A stretch of DNA of 64,000 nucleotides. It comes from Candidatus Poribacteria bacterium. Its GTDB lineage: Bacteria > Poribacteria > WGA-4E > GCA-2687025. Position numbers and translations under genes: made by a program. Of the stretch, positions 61,063 to 64,000 are shown piece by piece. How positions within the stretch are numbered: position 1 is the first letter of the stretch; the number at the start of each line of letters is the position of its first letter. The stretch is taken from NCBI GenBank assembly GCA_963665845.2, contig OY762492.1, positions 3,776,001-3,840,000 on the forward strand, read 5' to 3'. Under the pieces are notes generated by a model, which saw only the letters and a list, made by a program, of their open reading frames with translations, did no database searches and was not told where the DNA came from.

Positions 61063-62748
61063 ATGGCCCGTCAGAATCAACCGCAAACGCGCCGATCGCG
61101 AACAAGACGCTCTCGAGCCGACCGTCAGGAGGAGACGATCATGGGTCAAGAAGGCGGGTATCCGGAGGATGGTTCGTTTTTAGACAATTCGTCGGCGCAG
61201 AAGCTGGCCGCCATCGGCGGAATTGACGGCGATCAGGACAGCATAGACCCTGCAGACGACGCGGAGCAGGATGAGGAGTTGGCGGATGAAACCGTTGACA
61301 AGTCGGCGCTCATCGCCGCGCAGAACGCAAAAGCGCGCCTAGAAAGCGGCTCCGAGGATCCGACCAAAGTTTATCTGCGCGAAATGGGCAAGGTCCCGCT
61401 TCTCACCAAGAAGCAGGAGGTGGAGCTGGCGAAGAGGATTGAGCGCGGTCTGGAGATCATCCGCGACGCCGTTTTTGAAACGCCCATCGCCGCGGCTGAA
61501 GCGCGCAAGATGCTCTCCGCGCTGATACGCGGGAAGGCGAAGCCCGCCGACATCCTGGAGCTGCCGACGCAGAGCCGCACCGGCAAGGACGCCGTACACA
61601 TCGAAACGGCGCGCGCCGCGCTGAAAGACCTGAACGCAATGGAGCGGACTCTTCTTGAAACGCGAATCGATTATCACAAATCGGGCAAGAACGGCGGGGC
61701 GGACGCTCTTCAAGCGGAGCATACCGCCGCCCGGCGCGCCTTCGCCGAGCGCATGCGCCAGATCAACTTCAACCGCAACCGCATCGCCGAAATCAGCGTC
61801 AAAGTGAAAAACGCCGCCGCGCGCGCCGAAAACATGCGGCAGCATCTGCACAATCAACGCAGGGGAATCGCCGCGCTTCCCGCAAACGAACATGACGCGC
61901 CCCATATCGTCCAGTCGGAGCGCGCCGTACGTCACCTGGAAAAACAGCTCGGATTCAACGTCCAAACGTTGAAACAGATTCGACATCGAATCATGCAGGG
62001 CGAAAAGTTGGCGGCGGACGCCAAACGCCACATGACAGAAGCGAACCTGCGCCTTGTCGTCAGCATCGCCAAAAAATACGCGGTCCGGACGCCGAACCTC
62101 ACCATCCTGGACCTGATCCAGGAAGGCAACATGGGGCTGATGAAAGCGGTCGACAAATTTGAATACAAACGGAATTTCAAATTTAGCACCTACGCCACTT
62201 GGTGGATCAAACAAGCCATCAGCCGCGCCATCGCCGACCAGTCCCGCACCATCCGCGTTCCCGTTCATATGACCGAAACGATCAACCGCCTCTCCAGAAT
62301 GACCCGCCAGTTTGTGCAAGAAAACGGACGCGAACCGACCGTCGATGAGCTGAGCGACCAAATGGACCTGCCCCCAGAAAAAATCCACCAGATCATGCGC
62401 GTCGCGCTGGACCCGATCTCTCTGGAAACGCCCATCGGCGAGGAGGAAGACAGCTGTCTGCGCGACTTCATCGAAGACAAGACCGCCAAAGCGCCCGATC
62501 AGGAAACGGACACCTCCCTGCTGCGCCAGCAGGTTGCCGACGCGCTCAACAAGTGCCTTGACCCCAGAGAGGCGCAGGTGATACGGCTCCGCTTCGGCAT
62601 CGGCGACGGATGCCCGCGCACGCTGGAGGAGGTCGGCGCCGTCTTCAATGTAACCCGCGAACGCATACGGCAGATCGAAGCGAAAGCGCTGCGCAAACTG
62701 CAGCACCCCATCCGCAGTCGGAATTTGCGCGGCTACATTGACGAATGA
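61063..62748 (+). CDS. rpoD: RNA polymerase primary sigma factor
   Basis: [33 protein letters not shown] and [18 protein letters not shown]. Confidence 0.95.
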   Translation: MARQNQPQTRRSRTRRSRADRQEETIMGQEGGYPEDGSFLDNSSAQKLAAIGGIDGDQDSIDPADDAEQDEELADETVDKSALIAAQNAKARLESGSEDPTKVYLREMGKVPLLTKKQEVELAKRIERGLEIIRDAVFETPIAAAEARKMLSALIRGKAKPADILELPTQSRTGKDAVHIETARAALKDLNAMERTLLETRIDYHKSGKNGGADALQAEHTAARRAFAERMRQINFNRNRIAEISVKVKNAAARAENMRQHLHNQRRGIAALPANEHDAPHIVQSERAVRHLEKQLGFNVQTLKQIRHRIMQGEKLAADAKRHMTEANLRLVVSIAKKYAVRTPNLTILDLIQEGNMGLMKAVDKFEYKRNFKFSTYATWWIKQAISRAIADQSRTIRVPVHMTETINRLSRMTRQFVQENGREPTVDELSDQMDLPPEKIHQIMRVALDPISLETPIGEEEDSCLRDFIEDKTAKAPDQETDTSLLRQQVADALNKCLDPREAQVIRLRFGIGDGCPRTLEEVGAVFNVTRERIRQIEAKALRKLQHPIRSRNLRGYIDE

Positions 62749-63164
62749 GGTCGGCGCCGCTCCGCCTTGACGATCCGAAAACAGCCCGTGCGCTTTGCGC
62801 CTCTATCGCCGCGGCGTCGGCTGTTCATGCGCCTTTTTCCCTTTATCAAAACCTTCCCGTCTACGCGCCGGCGCTGGTGGCAGCCGCTCTCGCCGCCTTG
62901 TTCGCTGTCGCATGGGAACCGTCCGAACGATCCTTTTTTTGGGAATGGAGACGGCGCGCCTATGCGTCATGGCTCTTCGCGGCGCTCTGCTTCCCTGTTT
63001 TGGTTCTGGCTTACGGGATGCAGCCCGCTCTCGCCGCCGTTAGCGTTCAAGTCGTTGTCGGAACGTTCGCCTCGGCATGGGCGGCATTTCTGCGGCGCGC
63101 GCCTTGGGTCGCCGTTTTAGGGTCCGTCTGCGCGTTGACGTTCGCCGCCAAAGCGCTCGCCTGA
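62745..63164 (+). CDS. Hypothetical membrane protein
   Basis: ATGA overlap with rpoD; hydrophobic, 139 aa. Confidence 0.55.
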   Translation: MRSAPLRLDDPKTARALCASIAAASAVHAPFSLYQNLPVYAPALVAAALAALFAVAWEPSERSFFWEWRRRAYASWLFAALCFPVLVLAYGMQPALAAVSVQVVVGTFASAWAAFLRRAPWVAVLGSVCALTFAAKALA

Positions 63165-63168
63165 GCGG

Positions 63169-63885
63169 TTAAAATTTCAGCCCGCCCAGCCGTTCAATAA
63201 ACCGCTCCGTTTCGCGCTCGTTATACTCATTGGCAAAACGGGCGGCGTTCTGCCTTCCGCCCCAGTAAAACCGCGCCCCAAGAAAATAGATGAACGCGGC
63301 GTCAACCCAGCGTTCGTCAGAGACCGCTTTTCCTAAAAAATAAAAGAACGCGCCGTTCAAAAGCGTCGACACCGCCCCGTTTCCATACCTCCCCGCGTAG
63401 ATCTGCCCGGCGCCCGGCAGAAAGGTCGAAAGCCAACGCGCCGTTGAGGGCGAACGCCGCCAAAACGCCGGCCCCTCCCCCAGGCGCTCCCGCAGAAAAG
63501 CGCTTCGATGCAGCAGGTCAGCTTCTGGAAACAGGATTGGCAGGCGGTCTAAATGCATGCCGGCGCCGCTCCAGTCGCGCAGACGTATAGACGCCCATGC
63601 GCGTCCGTATTGCGCCCTTGCGCCGGCGTATTCGTCTTCGGTTCGGCGCGTTAAATCTGCCCATTCGCGCGCCGCCGTTTCGTACATCCCCGCCTTGTAA
63701 AGCGACAACGCGGACATATAGGCGGCTCGGTCTTTGAGCGGCGTCTCATGCCGCGACAACCTTAAAAACGCGGCGCGCGCGGCGGCGTAATCGCCCTCCA
63801 ACAGCAGCTCCTCGCCCAAGCGAAACGACTCGGCGTCCGATGCGCAGCAGACCGACAACCAGAGCGCGCAGCATGCCCATGTCAT
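63169..63885 (-). CDS. TPR-containing protein with C-terminal TM2-like membrane region
   Basis: Signal-like N-terminus, TPR helices and LSTFLPGAGQIYAG. Confidence 0.75.
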   Translation of the reverse strand: MTWACCALWLSVCCASDAESFRLGEELLLEGDYAAARAAFLRLSRHETPLKDRAAYMSALSLYKAGMYETAAREWADLTRRTEDEYAGARAQYGRAWASIRLRDWSGAGMHLDRLPILFPEADLLHRSAFLRERLGEGPAFWRRSPSTARWLSTFLPGAGQIYAGRYGNGAVSTLLNGAFFYFLGKAVSDERWVDAAFIYFLGARFYWGGRQNAARFANEYNERETERFIERLGGLKF

Positions 63886-64000
63886 CGCGCAAGCGCCTTC
63901 GCCCCTCCAAGCAGATTCCCGGCGTAAAAAAAGAGAGCCGCCCCGCCTGACGCCGCGGCGGGAATTGTCTGTTTGCGCCGGGCGTAATAGACCGCGCCGA
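63882..64000 (-). CDS. 3' end of a membrane protein that starts outside the window
   Basis: Frame ...AASGGAALFFYAGNLLGGAKALAR* with its stop overlapping the next ATG. Confidence 0.5.
   Translation of the reverse strand, partial: GAVYYARRKQTIPAAASGGAALFFYAGNLLGGAKALAR

Noticed and set aside
61339-62706. Long antisense ORFs (also 5155-6351, 20494-21612, 23014-24081, 57848-58936)
   Set aside because: They lie opposite well-supported genes and are expected in GC-rich DNA.

Overview
GC-rich (~60%, estimated by eye) bacterial chromosome segment. It is most likely from Candidatus Poribacteria or a relative; this is an inference from the sulfatase/anSME/PhyH/PL10 gene content and the secreted proteins ending in 'SVSPxGxxAQxWxELK'. 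Housekeeping blocks: glcDE-mrp-iscA, ffh-rpsP-khpA-trmD-rplS-rnhB-yraN, queF-phoH-7TM/HD-ybeY, and mutS2-dnaG-rpoD. These are mixed with carbohydrate/sulfate catabolic genes, an orphan DNA methyltransferase and a fused type IIG restriction-modification enzyme. The non-coding DNA is built from a modular repeat kit: about 17 copies of a dRS3/REP-like palindrome ATTCCC-N8-GGGAAT, a 168-bp MITE that carries that palindrome, and CCCCCTT-N3-AAGGGGG hairpins. Main results: (1) An IS110-family element (32668-34218) has split one of these palindromes. Its bridge RNA can be read directly from the sequence: target guides match the palindrome, donor guides match the element's own ends, and a TTGACT-N17-TATGAT promoter forms only on circularisation. 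Its transposase has one in-frame TAG. (2) Two repeat families have inserted in-frame into protein-coding genes. (3) Six tandem secreted paralogs share a conserved C-terminal motif that looks like a sorting signal. (4) An operon and its divergent neighbour encode several apparent pseudo-enzymes. No rRNA, tRNA or CRISPR array was recognised.
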